A DNA stretch of 64,000 nucleotides, from contig NC_042999.1 in assembly GCF_006345805.1 (NCBI RefSeq), forward strand, positions 1,736,001-1,800,000. Reading direction: 5' to 3'. The notes below the pieces were generated by a model that saw only the letters and a program-made list of their open reading frames with translations, was not told the DNA's origin and did not search any database. Source of the DNA: Octopus sinensis (lineage: Eukaryota). Position numbers and translations under genes: made by a program. Shown here piece after piece: positions 50,656-60,839 of this stretch (positions are counted from its first letter, which is position 1; each line of letters starts with the position of its first letter).

Positions 50656-51044
50656 TGGATGGAAGCACTCCGTCGGTTGCGACGATGAGGGTTCCTGTTG
50701 ATCCGAGATCAACGGAACAGCTGCTCGTGAAATTAACGTGTAAGTGGCTGTGAGCACTCCACAGGCACGTGTACCCTTAATGTAGTTTCGGGGATATCAG
50801 CGTGACACAGAGAGTGACAGGCCGGCCCTGAAATACAGGTAACAGAAACAGGAGTAAGAGTGGAGTGAGAGAAAGTGAGGCGAAAGAGTACAACAGGGGT
50901 CGCCAGCCCCCCCTGCCGGAGCCTCGTGAAGCTTTAGGTGTTTTCGCTCAATAAACACACACAACGCCCGGTCTGGGAATCGAAACCGTGATCCTCCGAC
51001 CGCGAGTCCGCTGCCCTAACCACTGGGCAATTGCGCCTCCACAA
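50656..51044 (-). mobile_element. SINE-D, tail type 2, with 14-bp TSD
   Basis: Minus-strand head TGTGGAGGCGCAATTGCCCAGTGGTTAGGGCAGCGG..GGTTTCGATTCCC. TSD TCTCCCCAGACACA at 50642-50655 and 51045-51058. Confidence 0.85.
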
Positions 51045-51474
51045 TCTCCCCAGACACAACAGAATATGCTTCAACACACGAACTCACATAAAGAATCTTG
51101 CAAACCAAATCCAAAAACGAAATTATTTATATAGCTTTCAGTGAAGAAGACTCCATCTGTCACACTTTATCACCAGATCAAGACGATTTTTCAAGTAATT
51201 TATTTACAGAAACGAAAGAAAAGTGAATTTATATTCAATTTATTCATTGAAGTCTCATAAGCAACTTTCATTTTATTAGGAAAATATAAAATCCAAGAAG
51301 TCGAAAATATATTTTATTTTAAAAGGAATTCTCAATAACTGAAAGTATAGAAATTATTATGAATATTTTATTATAAATAAGTATGTATTCATGAGTAGAC
51401 TGAATTAAACGAACAAGAAAAGTAATGTTTGTCCTATGTATGATATCACAAAAATTTCATTATTATGTATATAA

Positions 51475-52046
51475 TCTCTCTATATATAAAACTGAGAATG
51501 TGTGTGTGTCTGTCTGTCTGTGTGTTTCCCAAAAACATGAGAACTACGCAACCAATTTCATTCAAATTTTACACATGCCTTACTTATGGTCCATGTAGTT
51601 TCATGGGCAAAAAAAAATGTTCAACTTCTTGCCTAGAGCGAGCCCATAGCAATATCATATCTTCTCCACTATATCAGTATTACGTGTTAAAAGTGAAACA
51701 AAAACATTTCTCTATTTTATGTCAGATACTTTCACTTTAACAATAAAATAATAATAACAATTGAATTATATGTAGCAAGTAATTATTAAAATCAAACTAA
51801 AGTATAATATAATCGTAACATAACAAAAGTAAAAATAGCAATTGGTATAAAATTGCATCAATGAGTTGAACTTGAATAAGTGGTTTCACATGAATGGGAA
51901 TATATTAAAAATAAAATTAGCGTGCAGAAATGGAATAGTCCTACAATTCCAGTCTGTTATATATTTTCAGTATTGTTATCACTAGCGATATCAAGATATA
52001 ACTTTGTATTTTGTATTTTATGTGTAGATGTATATATATATATAAT

Positions 52047-52078
<32 letters not shown>

Positions 52079-52221
52079 ATATATATATATCTATATATAT
52101 ATATATATATATATATCTATATATATATATATGTATATATATATATAGATGTACATGTAATATGTACACATATATACATGCACTAGAACTATGACCCGGC
52201 AAAGACGGGTCATAATGCTAG
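51475..52221 (+). mobile_element. Non-autonomous Helitron-like element with internal (CTGT)n and (TA)n
   Basis: A|TCTCTCTATATATAAA start. End hairpin ACTAGAACTATGACCCGGC-AAA-GACGGGTCATAATGCTAG|T. Termini match 4563-4927. Confidence 0.75.
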
Positions 52222-52714
52222 TATTTATTAATCATAGTCAAAAATATTTCAAATCTTAAGAAAGCACAGAAAGAAAATAATCAATATTTAGTTCCGCGAA
52301 TGTTTTTAGAAAAATGTCATATGTATGGGTGTGTGTGTGGTTAAGAATCTCCCTTTGAAACCATGTGGTTTTTGGTAGGTTAGTCCCACTGTGTGAAACT
52401 ATAGCTGAGGTCGAGCAATGACTTGTGAATGACTTTGGTAGACAGTGACTATGTATACATATGTGTGTGTGTGTGTGTGTGTGCGTGCGCGCGCGTATGT
52501 GTGTGTGTGTGTGTGTGTATGCATATGTATATTTGTCCCTACCTTTGAAATGTGGAGTAGATTAAACAGGGGACAACTGATGAAGGGAATGTTCTTTATA
52601 TTGCCTGTCTCGTTTCTCTTTTTGTTCAGGTGTTTTTTTGATGTCCTTTACCCATATATGCATGTATATATATATACATATATATACTTTATTTAAAGCA
52701 GCAGAAAATTCAAC

Positions 52715-52761
52715 AAAACCTGTTACTCTGAGTTTCCCGTTGCCGTTCATCGGACAGTTTT
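52715..52761 (-). ncRNA. Hammerhead-like fold, HH family 2
   Basis: Minus strand AAAACTGT-CCGATGA-ACG-GCAA-CGG-GAAA-CTCAGAG-TA-ACAGGTTTT has a U4C core variant, short stem II with a GNRA loop, palindromic stem III ACUC-A-GAGU and a GUA site. Confidence 0.55.
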
Positions 52762-52887
52762 TGCTATTTATGTGTTTACTCCGGTATACATATATATATG
52801 TAGGTATGTACATATATGTTTGTATATATGCATATATTTATATATTATTTATATTATTACATGATCGAATGCCAAGCATCCATTTCG

Positions 52888-53275
52888 TCTTTTATTTGTT
52901 TCAGTCACTTGACTTTGGCCATGCGGAGCACTGCCTTTAGTCAAGCAAATCGACCCCAGGACTTATTCTTTGTAAGACTGGTACTTACTTCTATTGGTCT
53001 CTTATGTTGAACCACTAAGTTACGGGGACGTAAACACACCAACATCGGTTGCCAAGCGATGGTGGGGAACAAACACAGACATACAAACATATACATATAT
53101 ATGTATATATACAACAGGCTTCTTTCAGTTTCCGTCTCACAAATCCACTGACAAGGCTTTGGTTGGCCCAAGGCTATAATAGAAGACACTTGCCCAAGGT
53201 ACCACGCAGTGGGACTGAACCCGGAACCATGTGGTTGGGAAGCAAGATTCTTACCACACAGTCACACTTGCGCCT
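52888..53275 (-). mobile_element. SINE-A, complete
   Basis: Full-length match to the other copies. Confidence 0.8.
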
Positions 53276-53904
53276 ATATATATATATATATATGTATGTA
53301 TGTAATGGCGTGTGTATGTGTGTGTGTTTGTGTATGTATGACTTTGTGTTTATGTTTGTCTCCTATCACCACATAACAATGTTGGTTTGTTTACATCCCC
53401 GTAATTTAGCGGTGCAACAAAAGAGGCCCAAAATTAAGTTCTGGTGCTGATTTCTTCAAGCAAACCCTTCAAGACGGTGCCCAAGCATGGCCAGAGACAT
53501 CATCTGACTGAAGCAAGTAAAAAAGATAAAATAAAGAAGATCAATGTACTATTTATGAAATAATACATCAAATCCGTATTGACATCATGTGCAACCAGAA
53601 TGCGTTAAGCAATGGATTTATTTCGATTACATCATTTTTCTGTCGTTAACTGCAGCCGGTTGAAGCACCTTTTGACATTTCATGTAATGAATGATCAAAT
53701 ATAAATGAGCAGTGCAAAATTTGTGGCAGGGAAACAGCAACAATGCAATAAAAAGCAACAAAGAGACAAGGAGTCAATGAAGCTGAAAGGGAAAAAATCA
53801 ACTGAATGCACTTTGGGGAAGACAAGCACATGTGCAACTTTCCCAAGAGCAGCTAGAATGCGTTGGGGTTCAAAAATATAAAATATTGATCAGGGATTTT
53901 TGTG

Positions 53905-54286
53905 GCACTCCATTGGTTATGGTGATAAGGGTTTCAGTTGATCCAATCAATAGAACAGCCTGCTCGTGAAATTAATGTGCAAGTGGCTGAGCTCTCCACA
54001 AACACGTGTACCCTTAACATAGTTCTCGGGGAGATTCAGCGTGACACAGAGTGTGACAAGGCTGGCCCCTTTGAAATACAGGTACAACAGAAACAGGAAG
54101 AAAGAGTGAGAGAAAGTTTTGGAGAAAGAGTACAGCAGGGATCGCTACCGCCCCCCTGCCAGAGCCTCATGGAGCTTCAGGTGTTTTTGCTCAATAAACA
54201 CTCAAAACGCTCGGTCTGGGAATTGAAACCATGATCCTACAATCGCGAGTCTGCTGTCCTAACCACTGGACCATTGTGCCTCCACA
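53905..54286 (-). mobile_element. SINE-D, tail type 2
   Basis: Collinear with 50656-51044. Confidence 0.8.
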
Positions 54287-54961
54287 CTAATCAGAAGCAC
54301 AGAAAGAACTCTCAGGAAAGAAGCAAGGATGCATTTTGGCTGAAATGCTGTGAAACGTATTCAGATAGAACAAGTTACTTGTGAACATCGGGAACATATT
54401 TTGAAACAAGATGCTATGCAATAAAGACGAAAAGAGGAAACTCTTTCTGATGAGTAGCAGGAACTTGTGGCTCAAAATGTGTAACACTTTGGAGAAACAC
54501 AGAAAGAACTCTCTTGATAGCTGCATGAATGTATGTTGATACAAAATACTGAAGAGCATTAAGTTCCAAAAAAGCAATGTAAACAGATTTTATATCATGA
54601 TACCAAGTAACGTCATCCAACACGCCATTGATTTTTTCAAGAACAAAGACGGCAGTTAATAGCTTAGGATAGGAATTAAGCGTTAAAACATACAAAGCAG
54701 GATGTTGAATGTTTCAGAGACAGAATGACATAGATTCAGTACTATATGTCGCAGTCAATGTGACACCTCATGCTTATGGTTTAATGGCCGTTGTTGCAGC
54801 ACAAGTAGTAAAGAGCATACTCGAGGAACATTAGCCAATCCTGATTTTGGTGTACGTTGTAAATCTGGTTTAATCCGTCCTCAGGAAGTTCCAGATTTAC
54901 CTAATGAACTACAACAGAATTGATTCGTCTGAAACAAAATATTTCAGAACACACATCCAGA

Positions 54962-55174
54962 TCAGTTCTATATTTAAGAGATGAGGAATTATGTACATTC
55001 TTTACATTATTTACATTTAATGGATATTTGTCCTCTTCTTGTTTGTTGTTAACACGTTTCGGCTGATATACCTTAGGAATGAGTACCCAGGTTCGAAATT
55101 TCTCCAAGACAGCTGATGAATACTGGAGGGTATATCAGCCGAAATGTGTTAACAACAAACAAGATGAGGACAAA
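54962..55174. mobile_element. SINE-E / HH family 1 3' region in inverted arrangement
   Basis: Minus-strand tail piece (54962-55072) fused to a plus-strand linker+hammerhead piece (55068-55174). 46-bp inverted repeat at 55027-55072 / 55129-55174. Confidence 0.7.
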
Positions 55175-55284
55175 GGTGTAGCATTGTCACTTCTGGAATT
55201 CACCGAGTTGTTCATTGGTTTGTTTTGGAGAATCAAGAAATGCTGTTACTGGTACACTACCCTGTCTGCAAAATTATTTTTATG

Positions 55285-55657
55285 ATTCTGAAAAACATGA
55301 TCGTTGCCAGTGTCACCTTAGAAGTACATGTGCCGGTGGGATGTGAAAAACAACATTTGAGCGTGATCATTGCCAGTGCTACTGGACTGGCTCCTGTGCA
55401 GGTAACACGTAAAAACATCTTTTGAGCGTTGTCATTGCCAGAACTGCCTGACTGGCCCTCGTGCTGGTGGCACGTAAAAGCACCCACTACACTCTCGGAG
55501 TGGTTGGCATTAGGAAGGGCATCCAGCTGTAGAAACTTTGCGAGATAAGATTGAGCCTGGTGCAGCCTTCTGGCTCACCAGTCCTCAGCCAAAATGTCCA
55601 ACCCATGCCAGCATGGAAAGCGGATGTCAAACGACAATGATGATGACGATGATGATG
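55285..55657 (+). mobile_element. RTE-tail copy
   Basis: Matches the RTE 3'UTR, with a GAT-type tail. Confidence 0.75.
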
Positions 55658-55844
55658 CTTGATAACCTATGTAGAGGGTGGATGCTGACAATGGACAAGA
55701 ACTACTTGAGATTGTTATTCTCTGAACACCTCTTTCAGCAATAATTCTTATCTGTCCAAGAACAATGCAACAATAATAACAGAAAATATTTCTGTAGGAT
55801 TACTTACCGACAAAAAGGCCAGAAGGTATAAATTTGTCTACATA

Positions 55845-56077
55845 TAAGGCGGCGAGCTGGCAGAATTGTTAGCACGCCGGGCGAAATGCGTAGCCGTATT
55901 TCATCTGCCTCTACGTTCTGAGTTCAAATGCCACCGAGGTCAACTTTGCCTCTCATCCTTTCAGGGTCGATAAATTAAGTACCAGTTACACACTGGGGTC
56001 AATATAATCGACTTAATCCGTTTGTCTGTTCTTGTTTGTCCTCTCTGTGTGTAGCCCCTTGTGGGTAGTAAAGAAAT
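55845..56077 (+). mobile_element. SINE-B with ~21-bp TSD
   Basis: AGGTATAAATTTGTCTACATA (55824-55844) and AGGTATACATTTGTCTACATA (56078-56098). Confidence 0.85.
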
Positions 56078-56506
56078 AGGTATACATTTGTCTACATACA
56101 ATGAAATGACTGTATTGATGTGTTGCAATGACGAAGAAATGCATCAAGCTAGAAGAATATTGTTAAGCAAGTTTCAAGCTGAGAACAATCATGAAAATCA
56201 TCAAATATTTAGCAATTCTTATGAAGCTTATTACCCCCATGATGTATTCATGTTTTGTTTTGTGTTTTCTTTTCTGGTGTCTTAGATAAATGGCAACTCA
56301 ATATACAAAACCGAAGAGACAACAGCAAACTGACATGTCTTCAATTTTATTCTTTCTTGATAATGAAGAAAGTTGAATCAGGTAATATGTTACACCTCAG
56401 TCACTGTCATTTCCAATAATTTTGTGTAGATCAATGTGCCAAAGTGTAATCGCTTATTTACATTATTTACGTTTGACAGATATTTGTCCTCATCTTGTTT
56501 GTTGCT

Positions 56507-56552
56507 AATACAACGTTTCAGCTGATATACCATCTAGCCTTCATCAGGTGTC
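56507..56552 (-). ncRNA. Minimal type I hammerhead fold, HH family 1
   Basis: Minus strand GACAC-CTGATGA-A-GGCTAGATGGTATATCAGCT-GAAA-CG-TT-GTATT has a canonical CUGAUGA/GAAA core, palindromic ACGU stem III and a GUU site. Stems I and II carry mismatches in this copy. Confidence 0.6.
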
Positions 56553-56615
56553 TTGGGGAAATTTCGAACCTGGGTTCACATTCCTAAGGTAATTTTCGAT
56601 GTTATTATTATTATT

Positions 56616-56855
56616 GTATTTTTTTCTTCAAATTTTCTTCCATTTCTCGCCGAGTGTTTTCCATACACCTAGGGCAGAGATGCTCATTGTATGTATTCCC
56701 CGATTACACACACAAATTCACAGGTACAATATGTATTTAAAAAATTAATAAATAAATAAATTCATGAATGGATGTTGTTTTCACAGCGATAATACTCTTC
56801 TCAGTACATGTGTCGTTCCAGTTAGCACAATTTTTTGCACTTCCTGTAGGGATGG
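56616..56855 (-). mobile_element. R4/Dong-type non-LTR element 3' fragment inserted in (TAA)n
   Basis: Minus strand PSLQEVQKIVLTGTTHVLRRVLSL* (stop at 56781-56783) resembles the C-terminus KSALLGTTRILHRVLEA* of the element at 59661-60635. (TAA)n on both sides. Confidence 0.65.
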
Positions 56856-56866
56856 TATTATTATTA

Positions 56867-56926
<60 letters not shown>

Positions 56927-57164
56927 TCACTGCCTGAAGTCGAACTCGGAATCTTGGGGTTAGTAGCCCATGCTCTTAACCACTACACCATATGCCCATA
57001 TGTGTAATCTCTTTTCTTGGACTATGTCCGAAACAATCCAGAAATCATTGGAAAGAAAATGTGTTTAATGGCCAAGCAGGTGCACTCGTTGCACCAGCAG
57101 ATACGAAATTTATCATATAAAGCAAAATATATTCATTTGCTGTTGTATGATATCGATATCTTTT

Positions 57165-57447
57165 ATCTTTTACTTTCTTCAGTCATTAGACTGTGATCAT
57201 GCTGGAGCAATGCCCTAAAGAATTTTAAGCCGGACGACTCGACCCCAGTAATTAGAAGACATCAACACACCAATACCAGTTGTCAACCAGTGGTGGAGGA
57301 CAAACATGGACACAGACACACACACACAGGCAGCGTTTGTCGGCCGGAGGCTATAGTGGAAGAAATTTGCTCAAAGTGCAATGCAGTGTGATTGAACCCA
57401 GAACCACGTGGTTGGTAAGCAAACTTCTTACCACACAGCCATGCCTA
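57165..57447 (-). mobile_element. SINE-A, diverged and internally deleted
   Basis: Retains tail (TTTCTTCAGTCATTAGACTGTG) and head (AAACTTCTTACCACACAGCCATG). Confidence 0.6.
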
Positions 57448-57782
57448 AGCTTATCAAGGAAATTACTAGTAATGTAACGTTGATTTCTGTGTTGTACTAA
57501 AACGGGACATGTCTCACCTTTTGAGGATTAACCAAGGGCAAAGAGTAGACTATGTTATGTTGTTTGTTTCGTGACCATGTGATTTAGGGTCCAATAAGCT
57601 TTATGAAAGAAATTTGGTAAACAGAGGCTGTAAAAAAGTCTATCAATAACATATATGAGCATCAAAGAAGAAAACGGTGCATTTGACCAGAAATGCCTTT
57701 CATTCTTCATGTCTAACTGAGTTATTTCCCTTCACTCCAATACCTGTTGTGTATTTTTGAATCTTACAAGAACAATGAATTA

Positions 57783-57994
57783 CTATAAATCCTCGAGTAT
57801 AAACCGCATTTTTTCCCTAAAATTTAAATGTCAAAATCCCTAGTGCATAATATATACAAGGTTAAAAATGAAAAATATTTTCTAAGCAATGCCCGAGTAT
57901 CTATTTGCTGTCCGGCAATGTTTATTCAGACGCATTTTGTGATGTTGGGCGTGAAAATACCTTTCCCCTGCATATTATACTCAAGTATTTACAG
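57783..57994. mobile_element. Tigger/pogo-like MITE (212 bp)
   Basis: TA|CTATAAATCCTCGAGTATAA ... TTATACTCAAGTATTTACAG|TA; TA on both sides. Confidence 0.75.
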
Positions 57995-58107
57995 TAGTTA
58001 CCAGGCAAAATATTGGAGTAAGTGCAAAATTTAACAAACAACTCTTGAAGGCTGTAATGCCTCAATATGGTCACAGCCAAATAAAGGAATCGATAAAAAG
58101 TGGGGTG

Positions 58108-58593
58108 GAATTCTGCTTTACGCATGGCATATAACCCCTCGTAAATTTTCTTTATATTTTGGGAATTTCCAGAAAATTTTTACAAATTTGTATTCTATAC
58201 ACAGGAATTCACAAGATTGTTATAAAAAAATAAATTTTTAATATTTTGAAATTATTTTTATAATCACAGTTTAAAAAAAAAAGAATGGACAGTCCGAATT
58301 TTTGGCTTAAATTCCAGCAACAGACCATTAAATGTGTTTATTGCGAGAAAGATATTAAAAACATCAATATGTCAAACTAACAAACAAACGAGGAGGACAT
58401 GAGGTGGTCATGAGATGTGCTAAAAATAACAGTTAAATAGCCCTTAAATTACACAGCAAAATTTTTTAATCGTGGTTTTTGCATAATTGTATGAATTCCT
58501 GTGTGTAGAATACAAATTTGCAAAAATTTTCTGAAAATTCCCCAAAATAAAAAAAGTTATGAGGCATTATATGGCATGCATAAAGCTGAATTC
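58108..58593. mobile_element. Foldback-type MITE with ~110-bp TIRs
   Basis: GAATTCTGCTTTACGCATGGCATATAA...GTATTCTATACACAGGAATTCA versus TGAATTCCTGTGTGTAGAATAC...TTATATGGCATGCATAAAGCTGAATTC. Confidence 0.75.
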
Positions 58594-58892
58594 TGTCAAA
58601 AGAGAATGTAAAGAAAAAAAATAACCTTCTAAGAGCTTCTGAGACTCATGGGAGGAATAACAGAAGTGATCCACAGGCAAGGCACATGGCCTGATTATTT
58701 GCATTAGAGTAGAGTGGATGTTGAATGCAGGGACCAAGTAGTCATATTAAACTGGACAAAGGATTAAGCCTGCCACTATAACAATACGTGTTCATATAAG
58801 CCCAATAGTCATACTAGAGTAAATATCTATATTAAGCATACTATCATTAAAATAGATTTTCTGTTGGTAGTTTGGTACTCTTATTATCATTG

Positions 58893-59105
58893 GAGAGCTG
58901 GCAGAATCGTTAGAACACTGGGAAAAATGCTTCGAGGCATTTCATCATGTTCTTACTTTCTGAGTTCAAATTCCACCGAGGTCGACTTAACCTTTCATCC
59001 TCACAGGATCTATAAATCAAGCACTAGCTAAACACTGGAGTTGATGTAATCAACAAGTCCCCTTCCCATAAATTTCAGGACTTGTGTTTATAGTAAAAAG
59101 GATTA
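58893..59105 (+). mobile_element. SINE-B variant, diverged
   Basis: GAGCTGGCAGAATCGTTAG head, GAGTTCAAATTCCACCGAGGTCGAC, variant 3' end. Confidence 0.6.
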
Positions 59106-59432
59106 TTTGTGATGTGAGAATGAATGTATACCTATATATGCGTGTATAGATGTATATTATTGAGTGAAAGAGCAGTGCATGCCATCAAAATGACACTGGG
59201 GTAAAAAATACGAAGCCCAGTATACCAATCATGACAACCCGTCAGATAAGGGTACACCAGGTACATGTACCACAACCATATGTGCATGACACCCAATTAG
59301 AATTTTCTTCAGGTTGTGTAGCCCACCACACTCAAAAGGCCCCTGAATAAGGGCTGTTTAAGGATGTTTAAACGACACACCCATGTTTCCAAAGGTGAAT
59401 TATCCAAACCTCTAAGAATTCCTCGCAGCCGT

Positions 59433-59630
59433 TACTTCTGCTTGTGATCAGAGATGCACATATCATCAGCCACTAAGGGACAAGCTCAGCTGGTTAAGGT
59501 CAAACAAATGACAAGTAAATTTGTAGTAATGTGCAGAATATTAGCTGTAGCCCATCTTTTATACCAAGACAAAACAATGTACATGATAACACTTCCAATC
59601 AGTTAAGATCAGAAGCCATGTCCGGTACTG
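59433..59630. repeat. Interspersed repeat of unknown class, copy 2
   Basis: First ~115 bp match 111-228. Confidence 0.6.
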
Positions 59631-59660
59631 TATATCATCGTCGTCATCATTATTATTATA

Positions 59661-60635
59661 GTATGAAAACTCACAGCTTATTTTGCTGGGTATCATGGAA
59701 AGTGTCAGCTGTCCACATCCAGCAGACTAAGATAACACCTATTTAATGGTCATGCTTCAAGTACCCTGTGAAGAATTCTTGTAGTTCCAAGCAATGCTGA
59801 TTTTTTTAGGTGTTCTATCTTAACACTTGCACCAATCTTTTTGAGCCATGTTGGTAGTTGAGTGCTGATACTTCCAAGCACATTAATTACTGTTGGTATC
59901 ACATCTATTCTCTTTCTTCATTGACCACAACCTTCGTATTTCCCACTTTAAATCGTCATAGTTGTTTATTTTTTCCTCTTCTTTCACATTGATCCTGTTG
60001 TCACCGGGACATGCTATATCGATTATCATGCATGTTCTTTCTTTTTTATTCACCAGAACAATGTCCAGTTTCCGATACCTGGTCAGGTGATCGCACTGGA
60101 TCATTGCGTCCCACAGGATTTTGCAATTCCCAATTTCAATGTCTCCCTCTGGAGTTTTCTCATACCGTGTCTTTGTTCTTTGAAGGCCATGATTTCCTCA
60201 GAGCTCCCAATACATTATTCTTGCCACATTGTCACGGCATCTTTTGTATTAGTGTTGTACCAATTTCAAGCATTTGTTAATGACGTGCCATACCGTTTCA
60301 CCCATCTCACCACACATTCTGCATTTGTCACTGTCAATAGTGTTGTCTGTTCTGGACTTCATATAGTTGGTCCTTAATGCTTGTTCCTGAGCTGCGCATA
60401 TGAGTGCTTCTGTCTCTATCTTCAGGTCACTCCTCCTCATCCATAGCCACCGGTCCTCTGTATCTATCTTGGCATTCACATCTCTTGCAAACTGACCGTA
60501 CATTTTCTCTTTCTTCCAAGGTTTTTTTTTGTTAGTTTCTTGTTTAAATTTTTCTTTAGTTACACAATTTTCAGTTTTGATAACGCTTGCCTTCTTCATG
60601 TGTTTCAACCGTGGCTCCACGTCATTTTTATATGC
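59661..60635 (-). mobile_element. R4/Dong-clade non-LTR retrotransposon 3' portion (CCHC knuckle + restriction-like endonuclease), decayed
   Basis: Minus strand W...MYGQF, DLKIETEALICAAQEQALRTN, CRMCGEMGETVWHVINKC, RDNVAR, KILWD..IQCDH...KLDIV, IIDIACPGD, KEEEKINNYDDL, LLGTTRILHRVLEA* (stop at 59750-59752). Flanked by (TAA)n at 59648-59660 and 60636-60661. Confidence 0.88.
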
Positions 60636-60759
60636 TATTATTATTATCATTATTATTATTTCAAACTTACACAGTAACAAAATGCTGTTCTATATGTTTT
60701 TATTAAAGATGGAGATAAATAGACAGATAGGCAGACATAGGCATTAATAGAAAGATAGA

Positions 60760-60774
60760 TAGATGGATAGATAT

Positions 60775-60839
<65 letters not shown>

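Larger units (their letters stand above)
56455..56996 (-). mobile_element. SINE-E, full composite: tRNA-like head + (AAT)n + linker + hammerhead + tail, interrupted by an R4-type insert
   Basis: Head at 56921-56996, (TAA)n, linker AACATCGAAAATTACCTTAGGAATG, hammerhead at 56507-56552, tail AACAAACAAGATGAGGACAAATATC. Confidence 0.7.

Noticed and set aside
52570-52610. CTGATGAAGGGAATGTTCT motif
   Set aside because: No downstream GAAA or stem III. May belong to a repeat also seen near 41230, but no ribozyme fold is supported.
574-53450. Recurring ORFs such as ...GRFARLKAVLQHGRSQMTETSKR and ...CPRCHAVGLNPEPCGW...
   Set aside because: They are translations of SINE-A copies. Recurrence reflects repeat copy number, not a gene family.
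54290-54700. 93-96-aa ORFs in unique sequence
   Set aside because: No recognisable motif or convincing splice structure; lengths are within chance expectation.
56921-56996. tRNA-like sequence with apparent ACT anticodon loop (also 49786-49860)
   Set aside because: The acceptor stem does not pair and it is attached to a SINE body; treated as a SINE head, not a tRNA gene.
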